A stretch of DNA of 64,000 bases, from contig OX597817.1 in the NCBI GenBank assembly GCA_951406725.2, positions 59,830,001-59,894,000 of the forward strand, given 5' to 3'. This document shows, piece by piece, positions 41,735 to 54,698 of the stretch. The position numbers and the translations under genes are program-made. Under the pieces are notes generated by a model. That model ran no database searches. It had not been told where the DNA came from and saw only the letters and a program-made list of their open reading frames with translations. How positions within the stretch are numbered: the stretch's first letter is position 1; each line of letters begins with the position of its first letter. Source of the stretch: Octopus vulgaris (lineage: Eukaryota).

Positions 41735-42269
41735 AGCAGAAAAAGTGCTATGAAAATTGACCATTATACAAAGGGAAATTACTGTGTGATTGACCGTTAT
41801 TAAGACAAAAGAGCTATTAGAATGACCGCTAAGTGAGGGAAGGGAGTAAAAGTAAGGGGATAAAAAGTTCATAGTATTCGCGTAAGCGTGTATGTTCATA
41901 CCTACACCTGCACGCCCGCACACCCACGTGCATGTGCCTAAAAGTATACATTCATCCACAAAGAGGAGCTTCTTCCAGTTTCTGTCAAGTAAATCCACTT
42001 TGGTTGGGCTGAAGCTTTTGTAGATTACATTTGCTGAAGGTACTGTGCAATGGAATAGAGCCTGAAATCACTAGCTGGGAAGCAAGATTATTAACCATTC
42101 GGCCATGTCTGCCTCTTATTAATACAAAAAGTTCTTTTATTAAGCTTCTCCAAATTCTTGATTCTTTCCTAAATTTTTTTAATGATTTTGTCCCAAACAA
42201 ATTTTGAGGCCACTGAAGCATAAGGGACTGCAGAGAAAGAAAAGAAGGGACCCTACAAATTCAGAAGGC

Positions 42270-42590
42270 ATCGATTTACAGAAAGCTTAAAGGATTGGAT
42301 ATTCAGAGACCAGAGGAAAACAAGATGATGGTAGTGAATTCCAGAGAGCAGCAGTTTGAGGAAAGAAGCTATTTCGAATAAAAGGACTTAGGACTAAGAG
42401 GAAGGAATCTAAACAGAGAAACGATGTTCCGGGGAAGAGAAGGCAGGTGACAAGTTTAAAGGTGTTGACAGAAGGTTCTAGATTAGAAAGTTTATCATAG
42501 CTATGAGCATAGAAATAATTGTAGAAAAGACACGCTGAATCAAAGACTCCAACCTGGTAAAAAGAAAAGGACCCACCAGCAACTCAATTC
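42270..42590 (-). mobile_element. CR1/L2-group LINE 3' coding fragment
   Basis: Minus strand CLFYNYFYA...SFFPQTAALWNSLPSSCFP matches the typical SFFPRTxxLWNSLP ORF2 terminus. Confidence 0.65.
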
Positions 42591-44827
42591 TGAATTTGAT
42601 GGAATTAATTCAAATACAAAAACAGTGTTATTTCATGAGATACAACAAAAGAGTTTCTATGCTGGTGCTGTGATGGGTGGCTGTTATTTCCCTCACCATA
42701 TTATCACTTCCATTTTCATGATGAAAATGTCATTGCTGCTCAAACTATCATAATACACTTCAAAATGATAGTGGCATATAATAATAATAATAATAATAAT
42801 AATACATATAATATAGAGGTGCAGGCATGATTCTGTGGTTAGGAAGTTTGCTTCCCAACCACATGTTTTCAGGTTCAGTCCCACTGTATGGTACTTTAGG
42901 CAAGTGTCTTCTACTATAGCCCCAGACAGACCAAAACCTTGTGAATTCAGTAGACGGAAACTGAAGGAAGCCTCTGTGTGTGTAGATGTGTCTCTTTATC
43001 TTGATATGATGTTGTTGTTGTAAATGAATGAGAGTCACTTTCAGTATTCTTTGAAAACATGTCAAACCACAGTGAAATATTTATTACTCTGCTTGGAAAT
43101 GGGTAGGACTTGGCAACAGAAAAGGCATCTCGCTGTACAACTAATCTGCCTCAATAAACTCTGACCAATGCAGGCATGGAAAAATGGACATTAAAACTAT
43201 GATGTTAATTATTTCTCTTGGGGCCACAGAATGTTAAAAGAATTACTTTTGGTGAGGAATCGTTTAGTCACCTGGATAGAATAGCAGTCGATGCTTCACA
43301 TGAATATTATTGGTTTTTAATTTTCAGAGTTGATCCTAGCAGCATTTGAACTCAAAGTATAGCCAGACGAAGTTAAACAAAATTTGTCAGGTACTCTAAT
43401 TATTTCAAAAATCACTTTTCTGCTTCCAGTTCTGACCTACGATCACGCAACATAATCAATAGCCAGAATCAATAACCTTTAATCAATAATATGAATACAG
43501 TGAAAGACAAATTAACGAAGAGATTAGTGAAGTCAAATGTAACGGAAATAAACAAAAACGAAAATTGAACCAATAAATATCTGATTGTGTAAAAACAGAA
43601 AATAACGATTGGGAATTTGTGGTGATCAAGTTAAAGGGTTAATGATGTGTTAATACATCACTCGCTCTGCCCTCTGCTCCCAACGAACATACTTAACTCT
43701 CAGCAATTAATCTAGTTTGTGTAATGAACTGTAAATTAGTTTAATGATTTATTGTTGTTGTTAAGAAGCAGGAACATAATTGCACTGGTGGGTGGTGAGT
43801 TCAAATCCTTTCATGAAACTGGAGAATGTCATGGGGGAATTTACTGCCTGAAACAACTCTCTTAAATCAGTACACCTGGTTCGTCGCCATCGCCCCCACC
43901 CCCACCCCTGTCCCCAGTTATCATCCATACCACTACTTCCGCTCCCATTACTACCATCATCACTACCACTACTATTACTATCATATTTGTTGTTATCCTC
44001 ATCACTGCTCCTGACACCTCCACCACCACCCATAAAGGTAAGGTATCATTGGAAAATGGTCTTCATGTAGTGATTCTGTGGCACATTACAGTGCTATGGT
44101 TTCCAGTTGCCTTCTCTGGACCTTAATGACCAGTTGGAACTTGGTCTCTACAAACCAATGAATCTCATAAATTTTATTGTGCTGTTGTTCATAATGGTGA
44201 ATTGATCCTCTTATCCTGCCGTTTCTTTTGCTGCCAGTAAGTTTGGGCCATTTTCAGGTTTAAGTATCCTAGTTCTTCACACAATGCAGCAAACATGTGC
44301 AACATGTGTTCTAGCAAGAATAGAACGAGTCAGTTGGGTTGCAGACACTGTTTGGCCGCTGATGGTTTAGCATGGCCGACTGGACATTCAGCCTGTTTTG
44401 GCACTGATGCTAAACATACACGTATATACAACGGCTTCCTCACAGTTTCTATTTACCAATTCACTCACAAGCATATTGGTTGGCCCAGGATTATTGTAGA
44501 AGACAGCTGCCCAAGTATTCAGGGTACTGTGCAGTGGAACTGAACCTGAAATCAGGTGATTACAAAGTGAGCATCTTAGCCCCACTGTCATGCCTGCATC
44601 TGTAGTTAATCAAGAAAACAACATGGCTTGCTAATTATGGTGACCAGCTGTAGTATATGTCATACTGTTAATGAGGGTCTACATGTTGGGGTTGCCATAT
44701 TGTGTGACATTCTTTTTTGTAGATACATGCACACAACAATTACAGAACTCAAACATAAATCAATCACACACACACACACACATTGATAAAGATTTTGAAT
44801 TTAGCTTTAATTTCTGACTTATTTCAG

Positions 44828-45034
44828 TCAAATCACAGACTGTAGAGTCCACTGAATCCACAAACAGCCAATCACCCAACAGCCAGTTTCACTGCCAAGT
44901 AAATGCAACCAATCAATGTGAAGAGAATGAGATGTGTGCAGCAATAAGCACAGATAACGGTGTATGTATCTGTAAACCTGGTTTCATGAAGAATCAGACA
45001 GATAAGTGCATACCGATTTCAATCTCTCAACCTG
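44828..45034 (+). CDS. KIAA0319L: Exon of KIAA0319-like gene: EGF-like six-cysteine module (phase 1-1, 207 nt)
   Basis: Acceptor atttcag| and donor CCTG|gtaagt. Open frame xKSQTVESTESTNSQSPNSQFHCQVNATNQCEENEMCAAISTDNGVCICKPGFMKNQTDKCIPISISQP, with six Cys and the EGF CxCxxGF motif. The terminal G joins GA of the 55836 exon in frame. Assignment to this gene rests on phase continuity. Confidence 0.8.
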
Positions 45035-46968
45035 GTAAGTAATTTACTTAATAACTTCTGTTGCTTCAGGCATTGTTAGGTTTTATGGGTTGGTGGCAGG
45101 GTAGGACTTATAACGCTTTTCATAACCTTTGTGAGATTCCATTGGACCTTTTGTACATTCGTTATTTTCACTGAGTACATCATCATCATCATCGTTTAAT
45201 GTCTGTTTTCCATGCTGGCATGGGTTGGACGGTTTGACTGGGGTCTGGGAAGCCAGGAGGCTGCACCAGGCTCCAGTCTGATCTGACAAAGTTTCTACAG
45301 CTGGATGCCCTTCCTAACGCCAACAACTCCATGAGTGTAGTGGGTGCTTTTTACATGCCACCAGCACAGGTGCCAGGCGAGGCTGGCAACGGCCACAATC
45401 GGTTGGTGCTTTTTACGTGCCACCAGCATGGAAGCCAGTCGACGCTGGCAACGGCCGCCACAAGTAATTTCAAACCTCAGTTTTTCCTGCTGGTTTTTGT
45501 GACCTCTGCAATAAACTAGTTCTTTTGTGTGGAGTATTTTGCCATGAGTCTTAACATCTTTTCATTTTGACCCCAATCTTCTAAATATTAAACCTTTTCT
45601 TCAGTTTTCCATTAAATTTTTTATCATAGCCAAAATCTTGTATGAATGTTTGTTTGCAATGGGACTGCTTTACGATCACCATAAATTCCACTTCCATTTT
45701 GGGATGATATATAAGGATAGATCAGACACAAAATGTGTTCTCTAGATGGTGTATATATACTTTATGGTTGATTCCAAACCCTTTAAGAGGTTCCATACTT
45801 CTGTGTATAGACCTCCTTATAATTACCAGTATACAGCAGTCTCTCTTTATATGAACATGATCCATTCTGGAGCCGTGTTCATTAACGAAATTGTTCATTA
45901 CAGGAATAATTAAAATAACACAGATAAGAGTAATCTGTTCTTAGCCACACCCAAACTTTACACAAAGGCAATGTTTTATTTGTTCGTCTATCCATCATCA
46001 CCATCATTTAACATGTTTCCTATGCTGGCATGAGTTGGATGGTTTGACAGGTGGTGGTCAACTAGGGACTGGCACCAAGCTCCATTGTCTGCCTTGGCAT
46101 GGTTTCCACTCACTGGATGCCTTTCCTAATCCCAACCATCAATAGTAAAAACAGAATTCTGTGTGTTTGTGTGCATTTTTTTTTTGTTTTGCTTCTGTCA
46201 TTCCATGGTTAGTCTTTCATCTAAAAAATATGAGAAATGTTATTATTTTCACTATAAAATATGAAAATTTGCAAGCTACATGAAACGTATACACAGACAT
46301 TAACAAACTATTTGTACATATTCTCCCAGCCACTAAGAGGGGCGCATAGTTAACTTGTGGCTTGTTGTTCAAATTTCACTTTGTTGACTGAATATAATTT
46401 TCCTCAGAAAAATTGTTTGCCATACAACTTGTTCCTGCATTTGTCTATGCTCTCCCAGCGAGTTATACATTTTCATTGCCTGCTTGTTGTTCGTTGATCA
46501 AATTTCAGCTCAGTATGCAGTTTTAATTTTCTTCAGAAAAACTGTTCATTTTCCAAATTTGCTTTTTTAGAGAATCATTTGTATCTGGGTACCCAACCAT
46601 GTATTTCTGTAGTCTCCAATTAACCAGTGATTGCCTTATTCAATTCCCATTTTGAGATCAAGTGTTTGAGGCATTTGTTCATAAAGACAATCATTATTAT
46701 TAAACGTGGTCTGAAAATGAAGATAATTCACTCACTATTTCCACTCCTCAAATAATGTCTGTTTTTTTTTTTCTTTTTCCTCTTCATTACAATGTGTTGT
46801 ACCAGTTAAGTCATAAAAGTGCTTTGGCAAAGGTCACAAACCCATGAGATCTCAAAGCAAATAGGGGCAACACGCTCCTGTAATTACTTCTAGCTATTAT
46901 GTTTTATGTAAAAACTATTCAAAATATAGACTTTCTTGCACTACAGAATATAAATTTTTAGCCAATAC

Positions 46969-47012
<44 letters not shown>

Positions 47013-49689
47013 GCCAACTCCAGAGCCGCATAACCAGCCCACTCAATAGTACCTTGGATCGTAGGGTGACATGCTGTGCTTGAGGAGACCTATTGAGTCA
47101 AGTACATCAAAATAAAAATCAAATGGAAATTGTAATTGCGATCCCCACGCTGGTGGCATGTAAAAAGCACCAGCTGATCATGATTGTTGCCAGCCCACTC
47201 TGGCCCTTGTGCCGGTGGAATGTAAAAAGCACCCACTACACTCTTCGAGTGGTTGGCGTTAGGAAGGGCATCCAGCTGTAGAAACACTGCCAGATTAGAC
47301 TGGAGCCTGGTGCAGCCTCCTGACTTCCCAAACCCCAGTCAAACCGTCCAACCCATGCCAGCATGGTATGTGGACATTAAACGATGATGATGATATATAT
47401 GCACACACATACATACACAGATATAAGTACCATCTTGGTATGTGCAGTATGTTCTTGGACTGAAAAAGGAGGGTCATACAGACAACCTAATTTAATTGTG
47501 CCCTTAATAAAGGGTTCATAAGTTGTCTCTGTTGACAGTTAAATGGATACTGATGAAATCCCAACATGGGATTGAAAGTAGTTCAGCTGATTTTTCTTTC
47601 TTTGTCCTCAAAGATATTTTCTAAACAGATAAGGTATTTACATCTACCAACTTTTTTTGGGGGAAAGAGGTGATTGTGCAGCTGTTTGAATGCTGACAAT
47701 TTGGCACGCCTGACTGGACATTGATTTTTGATTTTGTTTTGACACTAGAGGCACACACACGTGCACATGTGCATGCATGCAGATAGAGGGAGGGGGGGAA
47801 GAGAGATTACAGTAAATTGATTGGATATAATTGACCTAAACAGTTTCCCTCTCCTCAGATGCATAAAGAGAAACATGCTGACACACATGAACAGTGAGGG
47901 AGAGAGAGAGAAACATTAGAACGTCTGATATGAGATGAGTGTGGATTGATTTCTGATGCCAAATAAGCAACATCAAAGCAGCTGTGTCAGAATGTCTCGT
48001 GCTCAAAATTCTATCTCCGTATCCTGTAGTAAAGTATAACATTGAAACAAACTACTGTTATGGCACCAGCAATTTTAAACTATGAAGATAAGGATTTTGT
48101 ATGTAAAACTTTAAGATTTATTTAGGTGTTGACATAGGAATCTCTACGTTCTGATTCAGAGTTATCTTACGCTAAGTGTAAATCGTTCTCAGTTCCTGGT
48201 TTAAACTTTGTCTCTTATTAGTTTAGGATTGATTTAGGCACAAGTTTCAAATGAAGACAGCCTTTAGCTGTATATACATACATAATATAAGGTTTAGTTA
48301 GACAACAGGCTGGAATGGAAGCCTTGTGAGTGGATTTGGTGGAGAGAAACTGAAAGAGGCCTGTTGTGTGTGTGTACATCGTGTCAACTGTGATTAACAG
48401 CTTGGTAGCTTCCAGCATGTTTGGTTTGCAGCATGCAGTCAATTTTTATTTGCTGATAGTTCAGATGCCTGATAAAACAGTAGGTGATTTTAGAATGTGT
48501 AATACACCAATTATAAATAAATTGCCTTGCTATTGAAACATCTGTAGCTTGTATTGATCTGTTTTTTTTTGTGTGTGTGTGTTCCTGATGTTTGATAGTT
48601 GTAAATGATTGTCTGTGTTATATAAGCAGTGTCATTCATTTCCAATATTCTGTGAAACATGTCTGACCATGGGGAAACATTACCTTAGTTGGAAACAGGT
48701 GAGAGTTGGTGACAGGAAGGGCATCCAGCTATTATGGAAAGGTGGACATTAAAATGATGATGACGATAATTTGATGGTATGCTGGTATGAACATGTTACC
48801 TGAGTGTTGGATGGTGAAGTCAGTAGACTCTTTCAGGATAGAGGAAGAAAATATCAAAAGATATGAGAAGAAATGGGGAGATTAGATCTTGAGATGTTGG
48901 AACTTCATAGATGAGATGACAGGTGGTCAAGAGATGAGATAAGAGAGGATCAAGATATCCACTGGCAAATCTGTCCTAATCACCATAGCAGATGGAAATG
49001 GACATTAAAATATCAGTGGTGGTGGTCGTGTTGGTGGTGGCAGCTGTGAGTTTTATTGATTTTTTTCAACAATTGCACCAGCAGTTAAGCCTCTGGGATG
49101 GTAATATGGTAAATTCTTGACAAGAATATTGGTTTATTATGTTAATAATAGAAATTATACACTGACTGATTGATGTTTTCACCAGTTATTGAAGAGTTAT
49201 TCTGTCTTGTGCAAAAAAAATACTTTTATATAAACATTTATTTAACAACATCTGTTACATATCTTTACATATTTAAATCTGATTCTATTATTTTAATTAA
49301 CATAATTTTGTCATATCATTCTTGACTCTTACAGACTTTTTGGTCTGGCTTTATTTCAGTCTTGACTGACCTAATGTTTTTTTTTTTGTTGGTGAATTTC
49401 TTGTAAGAATTCAATAATATGAACCAAACAGAATCCGTTATTCCTAATAATTAGAAAATTACTATTTGTTAATCTCTCAATGAGAGATATTCAGCAACAG
49501 TACTTTGTAATAAAGATTGTTTACCAACATAACATGGAAGTCCTGGTTTAGGACGAATGTTGCTGTAATTTAGCCCCAGGAGACATTGTCTCCAGTTGGC
49601 TATATGACATGATCTGTGTCCTTGTATTTTCGAACAAGGGAACCTAGCACCACCACTCAGCTCAAAACTAGATTCCCTTGCTCGAAAAT

Positions 49690-50193
49690 ATTGGTGCTCG
49701 TATGGCAAGCACTAGCATAATGAAAACAGCTGGAATGTTTGGTGTATCAAGATGTACTGTCTTGAAAGTAATGACAGCCTTTGAGAAAGAGGAAAAAATC
49801 CTCCTCGTCAAAACAAAACTCTGGAAGAAGACCAAAACTTTCAGATAGGGACCGTTGGACCCTTACATGAATTGTTAGAAAGGATCACAAAGGTACAGCT
49901 CCCAAAATTACTGCAAAGCTTAGTGACCAGTTCAAGAACACAGTTTCCACAAAAACTGTTCGCTGCACAAAGCCGGATTTCACGGAAGGGCTGCAATCAG
50001 AAAACCACTACTTTCAAAAACAAATGTTGCAAAGCATTTGGTGTGGAGGGAAAACCTACCGAATTGGTCCCTAGAGCAGTGGAAAACTGTTATTTTCTTG
50101 GACAAGTCATCCTTTACCTTATTTCTGACCACTGGCCGAGTTTACCTGTGGAGACAGCCAAAAGAAGCATTTGACCCAGACTATTTTCTGCCC
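49690..50193 (+). pseudogene. Tc1-family transposase relic
   Basis: With frameshifts: MFGVSRCTVLKV...SGRRPKLSDRDR...TAPKIT...VSTKTVR..LHKAGFHGRAAIRKPLLSK...NWSLEQWKTVIFLDKSSFTLF...GRVYLWRQPKEAFDP. Contains the paired-like HTH, a GRPR-like linker and the WxxVIFSDES-like first Asp. Confidence 0.9.
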
Positions 50194-50329
50194 TTTCATA
50201 AAATGCCATACTTATATTCTAATCTTGACAAAGAATTTATAGAAATATATGACTTGAAGATCAGGGAGTCTCTCCAGTTTAAGCCCCTACTTCTCTGCAT
50301 TAAGAAGACACAGTTCTGATTTTTTCAGG

Positions 50330-50585
50330 CATGCAGTTAGAATATCACAGGAAAGAATCCCAAGATGGATTCTTCAAGCCGAGCCAAGTTGGCTGGAGAC
50401 CAAGGAGGAGACCGAGAAGAAGATGTTTGGATAATATCCAGTTTTAGTTTGTCACATTTGGGAATCTAGCTTAAAAGTATGAGGACTATTGTTTCTGATA
50501 GGACCCTGTAGAAAAGGGACCTGAAGACTCTGTTCCCAGGACCCTCTTAGGAATAGTGGGCAGGGGAAATGGATGGAAGGATGTG
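50330..50585 (+). mobile_element. Decayed RTE-type LINE 3' end with (GGAT) tail; related copy at about 12235-12475 on - strand
   Basis: RIPRWILQAEP..RPRRRPRRR here and ARQILQAEPTNRRPEG at 12.4 kb. Both end in GGAT repeats. Confidence 0.55.
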
Positions 50586-51707
50586 TTTAAAATATAAATT
50601 TCAGACTTAGTTTAAGTGGGGTTTTTTCTAAAATAAATTGATGATAGGTTTAAGCATCACACTGCTTTTGATATTTGTGACTCCTATTGTGATCTCACAA
50701 CTCCCATAAAGAGGTGCTTTTATCCAGGTTATGAACTATAGCATTTCATATGATATCTTGTGTGCTTGAAATGCCAACACAAAGGACCCCAGGGGGAAGT
50801 TCTGTGTACTTGTTTTCAAATTATAACAACGAAACTAATTAGTTTTGACTATTTTCTAAATGGGAGAGAATTATATAAATATAATAACTGTAAAGCAGAA
50901 CATAGATTGTGGTATAATGACGACCTGTACATAATTATGAACATGTTCATGATCAAACAAAGGACTGTGGAAATATAAATAGACTTTAGTAGTTGTGTGA
51001 CAGGTTACAAGAGAGAGAATGTAGTCAGTGAAATGTGTGGACGGAAAGGAGGCCACGCACAGGCATAAACACTCATATACATATGCACACGAATGCATAC
51101 ACACACGTATTGATATTGTGTGTGTGTGTGTAGAGAGAGAGAGAGTTTGTAATTTTCTATTGTGACGAACATTATTATTCAAAGTGTTTGAATGCTTTCT
51201 CCATTGAAATGCCATCTAAAAAATGCATGTTCTCTGCAAAATTGTCTTGTAATAATGGATACATATATGCTCAACTATGTAAACAGTTGAAAACACTAAA
51301 CAGAGTGAGTGAGAGCCTCTCTGAAGTTGCCGTACCAGCTAGAAATAGCTGCCAAATCCTCAAATCACACCTTACTCATGTTTACTTTTATAACCTGAGA
51401 TTGTGAGCCCTGAATAATTAAATCCCATAACAAAATATCTGATATTGATCTCCTTGTTCCTATGATTGCTCAGTTGGCAGAAGTGGGGGAGGGGACTGGT
51501 TTTGACTGTAAAACCTGACATGCTTCAGTTGGTTTTCAATCGATCTTGCCAGATAAACCTTTTATAGCCACAGGTATGGTTTGCTTCCCAACCACATGCT
51601 TCTGTGTTCGGTCCCACTGCATGTTACCTTTAGCAAGTGTCTTCCAGAGTCCTGGACTCACCAAAGCTTTGTGAGTTAATTTGCTAGATGGAAAATAAAG
51701 AAATCAT

Positions 51708-51709
<2 letters not shown>

Positions 51710-51766
<57 letters not shown>

Positions 51767-51777
51767 ACACACACACA
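51710..51777. repeat. (CA)n microsatellite
   Basis: Directly visible. Confidence 0.98.
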
Positions 51778-51936
51778 GGTGTGTGCTAACAAGTTTACTT
51801 TTCAACCATATGGCTCCAGGTTCAGTCCCACTGAATGGCTCCTTGGCTAAGTGTCTTCTACTATAACCTTGGGCCGACCACACCCTTGTAAGTATGATAG
51901 ATGGAAATTGAAAGAAGCCCACTGTGTATGTGTGTA

Positions 51937-51969
<33 letters not shown>

Positions 51970-52733
51970 GTACGTCTGTGTCCCCACCTCCTTTCTAACA
52001 ACTGGTGTTGGTTTGTTTATATCCCCATAACTTAGAGGTTCAGCAAAATTGACTGAATTAGCACCCAGTACAGCTTATTTTCCTTTGTAAATCTTTGAGT
52101 GAACTTCATTGAAACATTGCAAGATTAAACTGAATTATCCAGTTTAGACTTTACCATTCTGTTTTCAAAAAGCCCAACACTTCCAGGTGGCATTGTTAAA
52201 CAAGGTGAAGGAATAAGTCTAGCATACAATTTGGCCTGGGTGGGATTTGAACTCAGAAGGCAGAGAGCCAGAACAGACACCACAAGATACCTGATCCCAC
52301 ATTCTTACAGCTCCACTGATCCATTACCCAAGATTGGTACTTTTTTCTTTTCCTCAACCTTGAAGGGATGAAAGGGCATGTTTGCCTTGGCAGGAATTGA
52401 ACTCAAACCCCAGGGAGTCGGAACAATTACTACAAAGCAACACTCTACCCAGCATTCTAATGATTTTTGTCACTTTGCTGTTGTGGTATTTATTTCAATG
52501 ATTACAACAAGAATGTGAAATTTAAGTTAGGCCTGACAGGGTTTTTAGCGCACAACACGGAGCCACCAACCTAAATACCATAAATTATGGCATCCGTGAC
52601 CTTTAAATAAGACTGATATATTGTGAACATGGCATTGGTGACTGCAGCATCTATTGTTGATGGAATATTGTAGCTTAACACTCACTTGTAATAATCACTT
52701 CACACAGTCAGCCATTGTCGCTTCACAGCTAGT

Positions 52734-53465
52734 ATCATCATCATCATACGTCTGTTTTCCAGTCTGGCATGGGTTGGATGCTTTCACTGAAAAACTGGTA
52801 AGCTGGGGAGCTGCACCAGGTTCCAATCTGATTTGGCATGGTTTCCACAGTCGGTTGCCCTTCCTAACACCAACCACTCCAAGAGTGTAAGGGGTGCTTT
52901 GTACATGCCACCAGCACAGGGGCTAGTTATGAAACACCAGCATCAGCCATCACTATCGTCTCACTTGGTTTGACAGGTCTTCTCCTCAAGCACAATATCA
53001 CTTATCACTACCTGTGTAAGGCCTAAAGTTCGAAGGGTGCCTTTTACATGCCACACCTGCACGAGGGCCAGTCACACAATACTAGCATTGGCCACAGCAA
53101 TGATTCCACTTAATTTGATGGGTCTTCTCAAGCACAGCATATTGCCAAAGGTCTCGGTCACTTGTCATTGCCTCCATGAGGCCCAACGTTTGAAGATCAT
53201 GCTTCATCACCTCATCCCATATCTTCCTGGGTCTACCTCTTCCACAAGTTCCCTCCACAACTAAAGATTGGCTCTTCTTTGCACAGCTGTCCTCATCCAT
53301 ACACATTACCTAACCATTCCAGTGCAGTCGTCTCTCTTGCACACCACATCTAATACCTTTTATCTCCAACTTTTCTCTCAAGATACTCACACCCTATCAG
53401 CCATGTACACTGACATTGCATATCCAGTGAAGCAAGTATGCTTCATTTCTTTCAAGCCTTCACAC
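52734..53465 (-). mobile_element. RTE-clade LINE 3' end: ORF C-terminus, repeated 3' UTR and (GAT)n tail
   Basis: Minus strand RRLERNE...LREKL.IKGIRCGVQERRLHW.G...VEGTCGRGRPRKIWDEV...DRDLWQYAVLEKT, followed by GGTGGCATGTA-AAAGCACC units and the shared tail. Confidence 0.88.
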
Positions 53466-53566
53466 GTCCTCGGTTTATATATATATATATATAATGTGAC
53501 CGCGTGTGTACTGTTGGCGATTTTTTTTCCTCCGTCTTCCCTTCTCTGGATCTTTCCTTCTCCTAT

Positions 53567-53601
53567 GTTTCCGACGAAGAGCACCGCTCGAAACGTTAAA
53601 C
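53567..53601 (+). ncRNA. Minimal hammerhead motif with U4C core, inside a ~200-bp insertion in (TA)n (about 53493-53690)
   Basis: guuu CCGACGA a gagc acc gcuc GAA acgu U aaac. Stem I 4 bp, stem II 4 bp, palindromic AACGUU stem III. Confidence 0.68.
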
Positions 53602-53709
53602 CCTCCTTCTTTCCTGAGCGTCCAATAATACTATATTTGTTCCACGTCCTCGCGTTGTGTTTTTTTGTGCTTTCTTGTTTGGATTAACTTTATATAATAT
53701 ATATATATA

Positions 53710-53971
53710 TCTTTATATATGTAAAACTGAGAATGTGTGTGTGTCTGTCTGTCTGTGTGTTTCCCTAAAACTTGAGAACTACACAACCAATTTCATTCAA
53801 ATTTTACACATGCCTTACTTATGGTCCGGGGAGTGTCATGGGCAAAACAAAATGTTCAACTTCTTGCCTAGAGCGAGCCCATAGCAATATCATATCTTCT
53901 CCACTATTTCAGTATTACGTGTTAAAAGTGAAACAAAAACATTTCTCTATTTTATGTCAGATACTTTCACT
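53710..53971 (+). mobile_element. 5' portion of a non-autonomous Helitron-type element, interrupted by the piggyBac
   Basis: a|tctttatatatgtaaaactgag, then a (GT)/(GTCT) microsatellite, then caaccaatttcattcaaattt: same 5' architecture as the 57574-58099 element. Confidence 0.65.
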
Positions 53972-53975
53972 TTAA

Positions 53976-54698
53976 CCCTTTCGTTACCAAACCGCCCGAA
54001 AAAAATTTTGGTTAATGTGACCAAACCGCCCAAAGCCACCCGAATTTACCTATTCATATTTAAATGAGAATATCAGAGTAAATCTCTTTAGTACATTCGT
54101 GAAAATACGTATTATACTTTGTAAAGAGTTCAACTACAGTTTTGTACAAAAATCGAAGTGTAATTTTAATTCCGTGAATTTTGGGAGATTTTTTTTCCAA
54201 AATTTGTTCCTATTGTGTTTTCAAAATTTGTAATTCTGACAAAAAATGGATACAAATTTCATTATATCAAGCAGCGAGTCAGAATTCGAAGGATTTTCTA
54301 CTGAAGACCTTCATAAATCTAACTCTAGGACTGAAAAAAAGCATGTGGTATTTGATAATGAATCTGATGTTTCATTTTCCGAAAGTGAAAACAGTGATTC
54401 CGAGAGCTCCGACAGCGATAAAGAAAATGAATTGGCACCTGAATGGAGTGAAAATTAAAAAACTGTTTGTTTCGGTGATTTTTCTGAAGAAACTGGACCA
54501 AGCCACAGACTTTCCCAAACTTTCTTTTTACTTTTTCGAATGAGCCTATTTGAAATCATTACAACGGAAACGAACCGTTACGCTAAACGTAAACAAAGCA
54601 AAAGAAAGGATAGTTAGTGGTTTCCCACAACCTTAAATGAAATTAAAACTATTTTGCCATAAATATTATTATGGGTATCAGAAAGTTACCCAGAATAA
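53976..54698 (+). mobile_element. piggyBac-family transposon, left end plus decayed transposase 5' portion
   Basis: TTAA at 53972-53975 followed by CCCTTTCGTTACC. Acidic N-terminus from ATG 54246 (MDTNFIISSSESEFEGF...), then across stops and frameshifts LFEIITTETNRYAKRK...WFPTTLNEIK.YFAINIIMGIRKLPRI, typical of PGBD4-like transposases. Truncated by a SINE. Confidence 0.88.

Noticed and set aside
47079-47110. Hammerhead-like ttgagga gac ctattga gtc (also near 10791 and 60231)
   Set aside because: No GAAA follows stem II, and the sequence corresponds to the RTE ORF end (AVLEKT-like codons).
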